From: Amoeboaphelidium protococcarum X5
Taxonomy: Eukaryota > Fungi > Aphelidiomycota
Length of the DNA stretch: 64,000 bases
Assembly: GCA_023515725.1 (NCBI GenBank)
Contig: JALDTO010000155.1
Coordinates: 407,147 to 471,146, forward strand
Direction of reading: 5' to 3'
The notes under the pieces are model-generated. The model was given only the letters and a program-made list of their open reading frames with translations, was not told the origin of the DNA and did no database searches. The position numbers and the translations under genes were made by a program. Each line of letters opens with the position of its first letter. Position 1 is the stretch's first letter. Below, piece after piece: positions 12,953 through 26,118 of the stretch.

Positions 12953-14761
12953 ATGACTGAGGAATAGATACAGACTGCTGTTTCAGTCTCTGCTGCGCCA
13001 AGCACTCGCATCGATGAGAGCAGAAGAGCCGGCGATGATGACTTAAAGCTAAATGGTGTTAAGCTTTCGGCGTAATAAATGGTAGCTTAGTCTCGGTAGG
13101 AAACATCGCCAACTGATAAAAGAAGCTCTTCGCTGCGTGGTAATAGTGCTGGAAACATGATGGCTGGCAATGTGGCAGTGATATCGACTCACATCCCAAC
13201 GAGCACTAATGCTCAAGCCCTGGGATACAATGTGGACTACTTTTCTCATGAATGGAATGAGCCGGACTTGAAGAGTAGCTGGTCCCTGGTGACAAGGTTA
13301 AAGAATGTTCATAAGCACACTATAGATGCTAAAGATGCTGATGAAGCATTGAACTCGTCAGGTGGTGGTGGCTCAACATCAACATCGTCATCCACCACCA
13401 CTAACACTGCTACTACGACTAAATAACGATCGATCAGGCGCTCAAATTCCGCGTCGCGTCGGAACAAATCTCGGCCGCGGTCGACCAGCCAAGGCGATCA
13501 GGCAGCCACCATAATGCTGATGTCATAGAAATAGGTGCGGAGTAACGATGATGACGATATTGTACCGCGCAGAACAGCGTCACCGCCATTGAATTCATAT
13601 AAAAAGTATGCAGAAGGCATCCGTCTTGAGAATGCAACTTGGAGAAAGTGGTTGTAGACCAAGTACAGACTCGGTAAAATTCGTCCAGATTCAGAGTTTG
13701 TGCGATGGAAGAAGGATGAAGATATAACCTGGTTGTATGGGCCACTGATCAGGTAGGTGGAAGGTAATGGTAGTCATGAATATCATGCTGGCGATGCGCA
13801 GAGTAATCATCATAGAAGATCATCAACCTCCCAGGTGTTGATGTGTGGTCAGGTTAGTTCACAGCCTCCTATCACTACGAAACCTTAATAAGAGAATGTT
13901 GTCAACTCTGTAATGTCCGATTCATTTTCTCAATCTGATAGCGATCAAGTGGAAACTCGTATAACGCCGACTATATAGTTTGTAGATCCTCTCAAAGATG
14001 TCTAGATACAGCAGAGATAATTTGGACACTCTTAGTAGCACACTACTGGCAGTTTCTCATCATCATCAACATCAGCTGTGAAGAAGAGCGCTCTTAAAAA
14101 GGGTTCCTATAAGACTATTATTGAAGATTTGAAGAGATTCAAGCTGGATAGTGATATAAAATTGGCGCAAAAGTTTCCTTCAACTTCCACCTAGCTATTA
14201 ACCACATCAAGTGCTAGTGGTCATACCATAGATGAAGTAAAGATGAAGTAGCTTCAGATTGTATTGCCATAAGATGATAAAAGCGTGTCATTTAGTGACC
14301 GGACTACTGTGCAAGAAGTAGATCAAATGGACAATATCTAGTAGAATTAACTCACATTCCCGCAGGCTGTGGTGAAGAATAAACTCCGATTCAGTTCAGA
14401 GGTTGAAGTGGTGGAATTTGATGATTACGCCAGGACTGCTCCATCCATGCGCGGACATTAATCTGAAGATTACTTTGTACTCAATCATGATACGCCTGTC
14501 AGTGGTAAAAACGCAATTGATGGTCATCGTAACTCTGTCGGTAGTAATAATAGTAGCTCGTCGTCTAACATCTCTCATGGCTATTAAACTTACTAAAATA
14601 GCACAAAGGCTACGGTAGGAGGTGCGCCTTAAACTCCATAAGAACGGCGGCGTGTACAATAATAATAGTAGTAGTAGGAGCCATCATTCATGAGCTCTCT
14701 GTTCAGTGCTGCCACCTGGGCTGCCACCTTTCTACTTGGAGAAAATTCGCGATAACCATGA
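12953..14761 (+). CDS. Reg1-like PP1 regulatory subunit (DUF1752)
   Basis: VDYFSHEW..DLKSSW, RLENATWRKW, WKKDEDITWLYGPL, KSALKK, KSVSF (RVxF-like). Poly-Q is encoded CAA TAA TAA TAG TAG TAG TAG. Confidence 0.8.
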
Positions 14762-14953
14762 TTGATTGCTTTCTATCAATATATGTATCATATATCATTC
14801 TCTACCTTTTTAAATATATTACTGCTCCATATTCATGCCTTTTCTCTTGGACTTTTTATCAAACTGTTACCGCCCAACTGCTCTCTCATCTCCTTTTCAT
14901 CTTACCGAAAGTTCTCATTGACGATTTAATCAATTAGAATTGAATTTATTATA

Positions 14954-15457
14954 ATGACTGCCGCCGTTTAATAGAATTAGTAATAATAAAATCTGAGCAA
15001 GGATAAGACTACTGCTTCTACCAATACTACAGCTGAAAAGCAACCTGTAAATAAGAATCAAGTGCAGCGAGCGTATGACATCTTCATTGCCAAGAGTATT
15101 GTGAATGGAGGTATTGGACTTGGAGTTGGCTTGGTGAGCAGCGTATTACTGTTCAGGAGAAGATTCTTCCCAATTCCACTTGCTTTGGGATTCTCCTTGG
15201 GGATGGCGTATGAAGAGTTGCGCAGAAACTTGTCGCTGGAGCAGCGTCTTAATGTGGGGCCTTATTAGCGGGTAGTGCCAAGTGGTGGCAGTGGTGGAGA
15301 ATTTAAAGCAGCAGCGACAGAGCAGAGCGCCGTGGTGAAAGCTGTTATGAAAGCTGTTCAAGACACCAAGTAGTTTGTGACTTCTCACACTGGCGAGCAC
15401 CCGTCTGCTGAAGCTTCTGTTACTTCCAGTAATGACCATGGCAATAAGAAGTTGTGA
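14954..15457 (+). CDS. MIC10: MICOS subunit Mic10 with C-terminal extension
   Basis: YDIFIAKSIVNGGIGLGVGLVSSVLLFRRRFFPIPLALGFSLGMAYE. Confidence 0.85.
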
Positions 15458-15753
15458 ACTTTGTGAATGTTTTGATCAAGATAGCGGATAATAATCATTT
15501 CATTTATCACTTTAAATTCAAGGATAGTTCCTGAATCCAGATATTATATCCTATACTATTTGGGCATAAATTCTAATTCTATAGTAACACTTTACTTTGC
15601 AACTTACCCATTCTTCGTAGCGTGCGGTGCGATTTAACATCAATCAACATAGCATACCCCTGAGAATTGCAATGCCTAATAATGGCGCGTAATTCATCCC
15701 TTTATTATTTCTAAACTGATTTTGTATTATCATTAACCAATTATTCAATTAAA

Positions 15754-16419
15754 ATGAGGATGCGATTGCAAGTATTGAGCCTATTTCTGGTTGTATTAAC
15801 AGTATTAAGCAGTGCATATGGCGCGTAGAGTCGATCACTGCTCTCTGCTATGGGCGGGGAGTCGAAGCTGATGGACTTTTGTGAAAATCTGTTCAATGGC
15901 ATGGCTAATGGCAAGTAGCTAATACCATTACAAGATTTAGCGTTGCTGTAGCAGTATGGAGTAGATTAGTCGCAGCTGTCTGGCTTAGATGTGAACGGCG
16001 ATGGTGCAGTATCATTAGAAGAATTCTGCTTCCTACTGGATTAACGCACTGCCAATACTAACGTTGATTAGATTTCATTTAGATAAGCTCGAAAATCTGC
16101 TGGCCTGGTTAAATAGGCCAAGTAGTAGCTAAAATAGTTTTGTGCTTCTGAATAGAATTTATAGAATCCTTAGTGCTCCGAATTAGACGCGTAATTCAAC
16201 GAGTATGAACAGCAGGAGAGATCTCTTATGGCCAGTAGTCAACCTGGGCAACTGCAGAAACGTGGTGTGGGTAAAGCCATCTGGTAAGTCATCAAGTGGC
16301 TTATCATATATCCTATCCTGGCTATCCTAACTGTAATTGGTGTTATTGTCGGATCATTTTTCGTTGTCGGTATTGCTGTATTTGCGGCGCTGATCATTTT
16401 GACGGCGATTATGGCGTGA
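15754..16419 (+). CDS. Secreted EF-hand pre-pro-protein with a KR site and 51-aa hydrophobic C-terminal peptide (221 aa)
   Basis: Signal peptide MRMRLQVLSLFLVVLTVLSSAYG; EF loop DVNGDGAVSLEE; 4 Cys; LQKR|GVGKAIWQVIKWLIIYPILAILTVIGVIVGSFFVVGIAVFAALIILTAIMA*. Confidence 0.8.
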
Positions 16420-16514
16420 ATGGGTCGAATTGTTTTATCAACATCACCTAAAGTATATATCATGAGTTTAATTGAGGATCTAGATTTGATTTTTATTGTT
16501 ATTTATACATGTTT

Positions 16515-19500
16515 TCATTGCTAATTTCTTGATTCTGATGCTGCAAGACGTAGTAATCGTTGTCCTTCACTTTGCTAGGATCTTGATGAAGAAGTGGAGC
16601 TGTGACGGCCTTGAGTATCGAGTCGTACCAATTCTCTCTATAAAAGACGCACAGCTACTGATTGATCTATAGCTTCTTTGTTGTTCTGAGTATTCTCAGA
16701 TTTACCACTGCTACTCCTCTAACTGTCACCTCTCATTCGCAAAATCTCTTCTTCAATGGAATCACTAATAACGTAGTAATGCGCATGAGTGACATTCTTC
16801 TAGCCCAAGCGGTGAACTCTAGCAAGCGCCTACTGCTCCATCGCCAGATTCAGGCTCGGTTCGACAATGAAAACATGAGTGGCACACGTTAAAGTCAGTC
16901 CAGAAGATTAGCTCTTCGAGTTTAACATTAGGATATTGCAAGAGTAATCCTCCTTGAATTACTGAATCGCCAAAGATCTCTACTTCTTGGGTAGAGATGG
17001 ATCCAATCGGAGACCTTTTATATCATTTTATGAGAACGCCGTCTAAAACAAATTCAATATATCTGCCCACTGACTAAATAGAACAATCTTCTGACCAGGA
17101 CTTTCGGTAATGACTAGCTTAATGTGCTTGGATATCATGTTGATTTTTGTACCGAATGAGCCCTTCAATGACACTCGCCTGACCGCGTCTAATAAGTCGC
17201 GTACTTGACTATCCATCGCTGTGATTTAGGTTGCATTAGAGCTAGAAGACGCGATACTATGTGATGTAAGTTATCGCTGGGAATCTGAAACTTCCTTTAC
17301 TTCACTCAGCATTACGCGCCTTTTACAGAGAGGACACAGCATTTTAATCTTAAGCCAAGTAGATAAGCATTCTTTGTGGAATATATGACCACATGGAGCA
17401 ATCATTAGTTCATCACTCAATTGATCATGGCAAATCTCACATAATCTATCACTACCACTGCTCTGAATAGACAATTGAGCACTAAGATTGGTCACAGACG
17501 ATTCAACAAGATTCTAGAGATAATTCAGCTTGCTTTGATGACCAAGCAAGGCATGATTCACCTATTCAATTTAGATTGCAATTTCATCAATTTATTACGT
17601 ACATCTCTGAGCGACATCTTGGCCAGAAACTACAGGAAGCACCACCTAATCAGATAGTTTCTATAGAATTGTATAGAATTGAATTCTTCGATTCCAAAGT
17701 TTAGACAACTGAGAAACCTCACCCTCAAACAACTGCAAAACTTCTGATTAAGTCTACTGCATATCTGCAATGAAGTCCAAGAGCTACCTGATAATCTCTC
17801 TTTCTTCATCTGCAATGTTCACTCTCTACTTCAACAACTTTAATTCCTTGACGCAAAGAGGCAGATTAACTTCATGTGGCTATTGCAGTTGACCAGGTAG
17901 CTTAATTAAAACACCAGATGAGGTATCCTCCTGTTAATTGAGCTGTTTCATTTAAACCGAATCGTTCAACGCCATAATCTATCTCTCTGAAATGGAAACT
18001 ATTCCAGAAGTCATCTGCTTCCTTATACTTAAACATGCTGCGTAAAAGTCTTGATTTATATGACCATGGTCCTAATTCACGGCATCCTCGGCATAGTTTT
18101 GATGAAGACCATCACAGGCTCCCTTTATAGAGTGTTATCTACACGCCTAGATTTATACAGCCTGATCATTCAACCATTCGATAACCACGAGGATGTACGC
18201 GTAAACTTGTTAAGTTTACAATCCACCAGCAATAATCGGCGGCTGGCAATTTAACTAATCCGCCACCTTGTCCTCACTTATGGACTTATCTTTCTAATAG
18301 GATTCAAGAGACTTTATTTACTTTTGTATCCTAATCTCAGCACGGCGAGTCAATACCTTTCGAAGATCTTCAGCTTTATTATAATAGCTTTCGGATAGTA
18401 GATGAGATTCCTTCTTAATTTAATCGTCAACTTCTACCTCATACTTTTAAAAGTAGACAGAGCCTATACAATACAGAATTTGATGGTTTAACATTTACCA
18501 GCTCTACAGCCTCTTTTAGGCTATATGATAAAAGTCCTAACTTTATCTACCGCCAAGAGATTATCTTTTCTAACGAGACAGATCATCAAACTATTCAGCT
18601 TCACTGTCTGAAGAATCTTCAACATTATCTCCATTGTCATTCCCATCGACCAGTCTTAATCTCTTCTCACGTGCCTTTTACTCCTTCAGTTACATCAAAT
18701 CCTATTACAACTATCGAATCTAAGAGTCAGCATCCTAGCACAATTGCAAGTAAATCCCAAGCGCCGACTTAAAACCCTTCGACACTTCATGCAGCATTCC
18801 CTAGCGGACTTTGTAAGCCATAATCTATCGCTTCATACTCAATACTTCACTTCTTTCACCTTCAAGCATAATCTACAAGGCTTCATCCAATGTCTTGTAA
18901 GTCTCGCCAAATATTCGCTTATTCTAAGTACCCGCTTAGTAATGGCTACAAGTTTGGCGTAAACGCAAGACCCAACCATAGAGTTCATTCGCTCTTTTCT
19001 CATTATAGTTGCTGTTATCACCATAACCACCATCACCATTATAATCCGCAGAACTTCCAGTAACGATATTGCGCTGATTCAATTCAGTGATAAGAGAGGC
19101 GTAATATGCAGCCTCGATCTCATCAAAATGCAGCATATACTGACGGGATATCTAATCGGGGAGATGAAGTTCCTGTTACACAGCAGACTTGGCATTTCTT
19201 CGCATTATAAACCGAGTCGTGTCAATAAGAGAGTCTTCATCATGACAGACTGCACTGAACAGATCTTATAAGCCAAGATATCGATAAACACCTTTTAAAT
19301 CATTCAGAGAAGACTATCGATTCTGAAATGGCGTACCAGTAACCGCCCAGGTATTCACCCGTTCGATATAACTTGTCAATTCAGCAGCATTAGAATACGA
19401 ATTCTCAATCATCTGAGCTTCATCACAAACCAAACGCCACCAACTGATGGCCGTGAAGATGGTCTTTGGACGGACATACTTTCTATCATACCGCCTAGAC

Positions 19501-20804
19501 CGCGCATTATCAGGACGAGCTCTAGCCAAATCTCTGCCACAATTGTCATAGGAAGCAATCACAATGTCCATCTCGGATATTCGGTGTAAATACTCATTAT
19601 AATCCTAATCTGGCATATCAGACTTTATGCCATCATACACCGCGTATCTGAGTGTCGGAGTATGTTTTTCAATCTCGTCTACCCATTGGTATAAGATTTA
19701 TGAAGGCACAAAGATCAGAGTCGCGCCAGATTAGATTTTACCATCAGAGGTTGCACTCACTTGATCATCGCCTTATTCAGGTCTTCTATGCCAGAGTACA
19801 AGAGCCAGAGTGATTATAGTCTTACCGAGCCCCATCTCTTCAGCAAGAATACCACCAATACCAAACTTTGTACCAACACATTATGGACGTCCACTGATGG
19901 AAACATTGCCAGTTTACATTTGCACAAACACGTTATTATACTGACACCAGGAATAGTCCATGATAAGCTGCTTTTGTAATTATAATTATTTTTCCTGACC
20001 ATCAACGTCAACGGCGACCAATTCTCTACTCAACATCCATTGCAGCGAGCGCTTTTAAAAGTCCAGCAGAGAAGTATCCATTTCATCGTGCTAAAGTACA
20101 TCATTCACCGAATCATCGGCATTAGATGGCTATATAGCTCTAATAAACCGCTCAACATTAATATCCTTCTATTTCAACCTATTATTCTAATTATAAGCAG
20201 CAAATGTATGATCTTGATAAAGTAATCGACACGCCAATTAACCAATCTATATCACGCCATTCACATTAGAGTCTACCACAGGATGAACAGTTAAGAATAG
20301 ATGAAGTTCGCCATTAGTGGAATTCAGTATAATATCTTGAGCTTTAAACTAAAACTATTCAATCCAATTTCTATCACACAGCAATTTGAAGGCATTCACC
20401 TTTTGTCTTTTCCAATCTGGCAGACATTTAATAGAAATTTAAGCAATCTACAGCGTACCATCAGATGAAACAATACGCATTTACAAATCATCAGAACATA
20501 TGGACTACCACTCTAAATAAGAAGAACATTTAAATTGCTATTTTAATCTTCTATCTAGATTCAGATTCTTTTATTTATCAGGCAACTCTACAGCTATACA
20601 CAAATGAGACACGCATACAGCAGCATTCCGAGAAGTCGTCCCATTATCATCACCATTGTCACTTTTATGAGATAGATTGTGAATAGAGCTGCAGAGAAAT
20701 CGCCAAGTTTAATATTTAATTCCTTCAAATACCGCAGAGTATAGATACTATTTTTAAGAGTCAACAGCAAAAGCATCATTGTTTATTTAAACTGAACCAT
20801 CCAT
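16515..20804 (-). CDS. IRC20: SNF2 helicase/RING E3 ligase, IRC20/SHPRH family (about 1430 aa)
   Basis: LLDFQ(TAA)KRSLQWMLSRE, GGILAEEMGLGKT, WWRLVCDEAQM, WAVTGTP, RING CEICHD..CGHIFHKEC..CPLC, GSFGTK, RVHRLGQ. All checked segments share one frame. Confidence 0.88.
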
Positions 20805-21377
20805 CGTATATAGGCGATTCTACTAAATTATAAACAGGCTGACAGGTCGGCACTGCTCAGGAAAAGGGAAGCGAAATCTGAAAAAGAAAACGACGACGAG
20901 ACAACGACGGAGGCGATTGATCAAAGGAAATGACGTCTAGTCGATTTGTTGCCAATTTAGTGTGAGATTTAGATTGATTAACGCAACAACAACACTGTAC
21001 ATTAAACGAGGTAATAAAAGTGCAATTGCAATCTTATCGCCAGATTAATATGAAGTCAACATAGAGGTACTATGCAACGTCGTCACGTCAAGTAACTAGA
21101 TCAAACATGAGAACGTCAATTTAAAATTGTGCAAGTACACAAAAGTCAAATTTAGCATTTAACTCTTTATATTTATTCACCAAATTATGCATATTCAAAT
21201 AACTGAATTATAATGCATACATAACGTTACTTTTTATTATGCGTATTGTCAATCAATAAAGCTACTCTTTGCCTCCCGTGACCTGAGCTTGCTATTTTTA
21301 TCTTGAGTGTAAACAACAGCAACAATAACAACAACAATATCAAATAGAGACCCCATTTCCGTCAGACTTCATCAGCA

Positions 21378-22859
21378 ATGGACATTGTCCGCAGTGAGAA
21401 GGAGAAGAAGAAGAAGAAGAAGAAGAAGAATAAAATTAATATTTACAAAGGAGAATAAGCGGAGGCTAATCATTTATCATTATTATTATCATCTAAGTAA
21501 TAATAGGAATTCTCTACTGCTACTACTACCACTACTAAGAGTAATAATAGCGATAGTATCAGGGAGCCCATGTTTCAGCTTGAACGGGACCGCATGGCGA
21601 GCAAGGAAACTGACGCCGATGCCACAGTGGCAGCCGGGAGGAGAATTGCTGCAGATGTTTAATCCATGCCAGACATTGTCTCATCCAGATCGCCTCGCTC
21701 ACCGTACACATAGAATTCTGTAAAATCTGCCGATGCTGCAGGTACTTACTCTCTCCCGCCGCTGCTCAAGGCTGCTAATACCGGGGACTCTGTGGATTCA
21801 AGAATATCTGGGATTTCTAGATTTCCGACGGCTAGTCCTATTGCCACAAGGTACAGCCATTCGAGGTACTACCCTCATGTTGTATAGAATGAAGATAATA
21901 ATGCTGCGTCTATGATGCTGTAGCTGTCTAGGCAGAGCACTGATACTCACATGAGTGACAAGACAACGCATAGTAAAGCATAATCTCTTCCTAGCATCTC
22001 TGAACTAATCGGCGCAGTCAATGTTACTGGGTAGGCGGCGACTAATCAACATAAATTAGTTTCATCTCCCACTTTGATGTCTCCGTCAATGCTGTCCCCT
22101 CACGTGGAATTCCCGTCCTTACAAACTTCATAGGCCAGTGTCTCATCAAAGTCTAGTTAGGCACTAAAGACATCTGGCGATGATAATTTAAATGCAAAGA
22201 GTGGCCGTTAGCATGTGGCCACTAATCACCACGCATAGTAGAACGTTATTTAAGATATGTTTATAGATTCACACAGTATACAAGTTTAGAGTTCTTATTT
22301 TGGAGCAAGAAGTAATGATTTGCTTTTTGGCACTGGACATGGTCGCGTCAATGCATAAATGAGCCATGCTGCATATGTACCACTACCTCGCTATGCCTCA
22401 ACTCCAATGCAGAGTATGAGTCAAATACCTTTTATAGCTCCTTAGGATCGTGTTTAATAAGTGCCTAGTCATATTGGAAGTATGCAAATTTTGAATCAAT
22501 CGATAATCGACCATTAGAGGTCCTTCAGTGGATCGCAGTTGAGTGATATGAACGCGGTATTGTCTTCTGAGAGTCTCAAACGATCCGCATCTCCTATGGA
22601 ATCCTAACCGTACTAGGCGTTGAATGCCGTAAAAGTGGGAAATGACTATCTGTGTTAATCGTGTGATTTAAAATTTCCATCTAAAGAATTATGGCGCTCT
22701 CACTCATTTCATGAGCATGGATTGTCTGATTTCAGATGTGAGATTTGTGGATCATACTTTGGATTTAACATCTCCTTGAAGAGACACTTGTCAAGTACGG
22801 GGAAAAACTCTGGTATATGTAGCTCTATGCCTGGTCCTAGAAGAAGACGCCGCGGGTGA
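21378..22859 (+). CDS. C2H2 zinc-finger transcription factor (two C-terminal fingers); start uncertain
   Basis: Low-complexity body with LPSISEL; C-terminus YLCQSCDLKF..HSFHEH..FRCEICGSYF..LKRHL..C. Confidence 0.75.
21404..21430 (+). repeat. (GAA)9 microsatellite (poly-Lys if translated)
   Basis: Direct gaagaagaa... run. Confidence 0.9.
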
Positions 22860-23101
22860 TTTAATGATATTACAAAGATCAACTGTGCGCCTTACGAAGA
22901 ATAACTTTCTTACAAATCGAATTTATATTTAGTCTATGCTGTAGTTTATAAATGTCTGGGGAATATTGTGCATTTTTTAAGTCGCTTTATTTTCGTTTGT
23001 TGTTGCAGCTTCTTCATGAGGCGTATGTTTTAGATTGAGTCTCTTCTCTGATATTTTACGAGTGTTTAGACTTTATGCTATAATCGGGCTGACTGACAGT
23101 G

Positions 23102-24058
23102 ATGAACATCTTTATAAAGAATTTACCGCTGACAACAACGCGTCAAAATGTGATGGACCTGTTCAATAACAATGCTCTTAGATGCACGATACGCGCAAGT
23201 CAAGGTTATATGGAAGCTTGTGTTGGGTTTGACTCATTTAGTATGGTAAGGTATCATGGATCATTCTTAGAATCTAATTGCATGTTTATCGCTCCCTTTA
23301 TGTAGGCTTACAACGCTATACAATAGTATGATGGATATAAATACCAAGACAGTGTTTTGACCGTGTCATTTGATAATGCGATTCTGAGGAAGCTACCTAA
23401 ATGTGAGATAATAGATTTGCCTCGCGATGAGCCTGTGGATACCTGGTTCGATCTGTTTTCTCAACACGGCGTTATCGTTGGAATGCGCGAGTTTAAATAA
23501 GGTATTGGGCTGTATTACGCGAGAAATGAACAAGTGGTACAGCTGCAGAAGACTTGGGATAGAAAGTAACTGCCGCCTGCGTATAAATGGAATAAACGAC
23601 TACATGTGCGTATATTATTAGGCGATTCGCAATTTATGCGATAACACGTAGAGATAGAGCATAATAATCCGCAAAGTATGCCCGTACTTACACATGTCGA
23701 GTCATAAAAGAGACCTGATGATAGGCCCTCATCATTAGATTCACATACTAAAAGACCAAAGTTCCAATCTTCACAGGCTTCTGAATAGGTATAAAGTCGG
23801 TCTATGGATTCTAAACACATCAATGTCAATGCTGATCCGCGCCCGCAACCAATACTCTCTGAATCCAAGTGCACTTAAACAGACTCTCAAATCACAAGTC
23901 CGTCTCTCCCCCTCTGTAAACTGGGGTTTGATGGTTAAGACGGCTTGATGTTCTATCCGTATACGCTATCATTGCCCCGAATGGGTAATGTTGATCGAAC
24001 CAAATTGCGCGACGACCTGAAACTGAAAGTTAACGCGCTGAAACTTCGCCTGTGTTGA
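23102..24058 (+). CDS. RRM-domain RNA-binding protein; probable intron 23246-23305
   Basis: NIFIKNLP (RNP2), ACVGF..AYNAIQQYDG..LTVSF, and a second degenerate RRM (LFSQHGVI). Confidence 0.65.
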
Positions 24059-24177
24059 TCTGACGTCATTGTATAGAAATTACTGCATTTGTTATTACGT
24101 ATCCCTCTCTTTCATCTTCACTTATCATTTTAATAGTTTATTACTCGTAATATACAGGTTAAAATTCACACGTAAAT

Positions 24178-25743
24178 ATGAAGAATGTTTTGGTTTGGTT
24201 TCGCAATGATCTGAGGATCGCGGATAATCCTGCTCTATATCATGCAGTGTCCAAGGCGAAGAAGGACTCCGCTAATGTATTTGCCTGCGTTATCATGTCC
24301 CCAGAGGAAGATAAGTAGCACGATAGATCCCCGCATTAGGTGGACTTTATGTTGCGTAATTTGAAGATTTTCTCATAGTCGCTGTACAGTACCTTTAATA
24401 TCCCACTGCTTGTTCGTATAGCTGAAACCAAATCTGGTGTCTATGACCATTTGTAATCGCTGGTTAGCAAGTTTGATATTGACCACCTGTTTTTCAATAA
24501 CCAGTATGAAATTGATGAGCACAGACGCGATGCAAAGGCTGAAAATATGTTATCGTCTGCTGGAGTATCAGTTAGTCGTTTTGATGATCAGATTGTTGTC
24601 CCACCAGGTGTTCTCAGAAGTAAATCTAATAGTACCATGTTCTCCGTGTACTCACCTTTTCGTAAAGCATGGTAGTAGTATGTGTATGATAATCAGCATC
24701 TTTTGGATGTTTATACTGTTGATAAATTCAAGAATCAGACTGATATCAAGCCAGATGCTGTGCCCGATAGTTTGCCAGGATTCGCGCTGGATAGAGAGCT
24801 GCGTCAGACACTGTTGAAGGAGTTTCCAGCTGGTGAGAGTGAGGCGTAAAAGAGATTGAAGAAGTTTGGTGACGAGCGCATTGAAGTATATAAGAAGAGA
24901 CGTGATTTTCCTGGAGAGCCTAGTACAAGTCGTCTCAGCCCGTATCTGGCAATTGGAGTGCTGTCTAACAAGTAATGTATTGTTGAAGCCATGTCTCGGA
25001 ATGGTGACTCCTTTGACAGTGGCAATGATGGAGTTGTGCACTGGATTCAGGAACTGGTGTGGAGAGAGTTCTTCCGCCACGTTCTGGTCGCCTTCCCGCG
25101 TGTGAGTATGAACCGGCCGTTCAGATTAGAGACTGAGCGTGTAGAATGGCTGTACGATGAAGAGACATTCCAGAAATGGTGTCAAGGTAAGACTGGCTAT
25201 CCGATAGTGGATGCCGCTATGAGATAACTAAATCAGACTGGATGGCTACACAACAGATGCAGAATGATTGTGGCGTCTTTTCTGGTGAAGGATCTGTTGC
25301 ACAATTGGATGTTGGGTGAGAAATATTTTTCTCAAAATCTGATTGATTGCGACTTGGCGTCCAATAATGGTGGCTGGTAATGGTCAGCTTCTACAGGCTG
25401 TGATGGATAGCCGTTCTTCAGAGTCTTCAATCCGCTGTTACAGTCTCAGAGATTCGATCCCGATGGTGATTACATCCGCAAGTGGGTCCCAGAGTTGAGA
25501 TGCATCTCTGACAATAATGATATCCATGATCCACAAAAGCATCTGGGTATGAAGAAGATTCAGGAGATTGGATATTACCCAAAAATTGTTGATCATTCAA
25601 TGGCAAGAGATCGCGCCATTCAGGCATTTGAGCGTTTGAAGGATCCGAAACAAAAGGGACAGTTGGAGAATTATGGCTACGGCAAGCGTGAAGGTGCCGA
25701 CAAAGCAGTCAAGAAGGCCAAGTCTAAGCACACTACTAAATGA
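24178..25743 (+). CDS. PHR1: Class I CPD photolyase
   Basis: [45 protein letters not shown](TAA)[21 protein letters not shown](TAA)[19 protein letters not shown]. Confidence 0.95.
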
Positions 25744-26118
25744 AATAAATAAAATTTTGTAGCTTTGAATTGATCCTATGTGTTCCACTTTCGTTGTGAA
25801 TCGTTTTAATTGGCGTATCTTTGAGAGTTAACACTCAAAAATCAATAAACGCTCAATACTACAGGTTTACATTTCTTACTAAAGTATCTACTATCGTCCA
25901 TATTTAACTTGATGGCGCCTCAGAAATCTAATTTCAGAAGAGAGAAGTTACTGTGAGCATCTTTACGCAATAGTACCTTTTTATAAATGCAATATGTTGA
26001 AAATGAACGAGGCCAGACAATCAGGGGCAATTGTCTGATATGAAAGACCTTCGGACTTTGCCTTTTCGCTTCCTGTTGAATTTAAATTATAAATTCAAAA
26101 TCTATAGAGTAATTGAAA

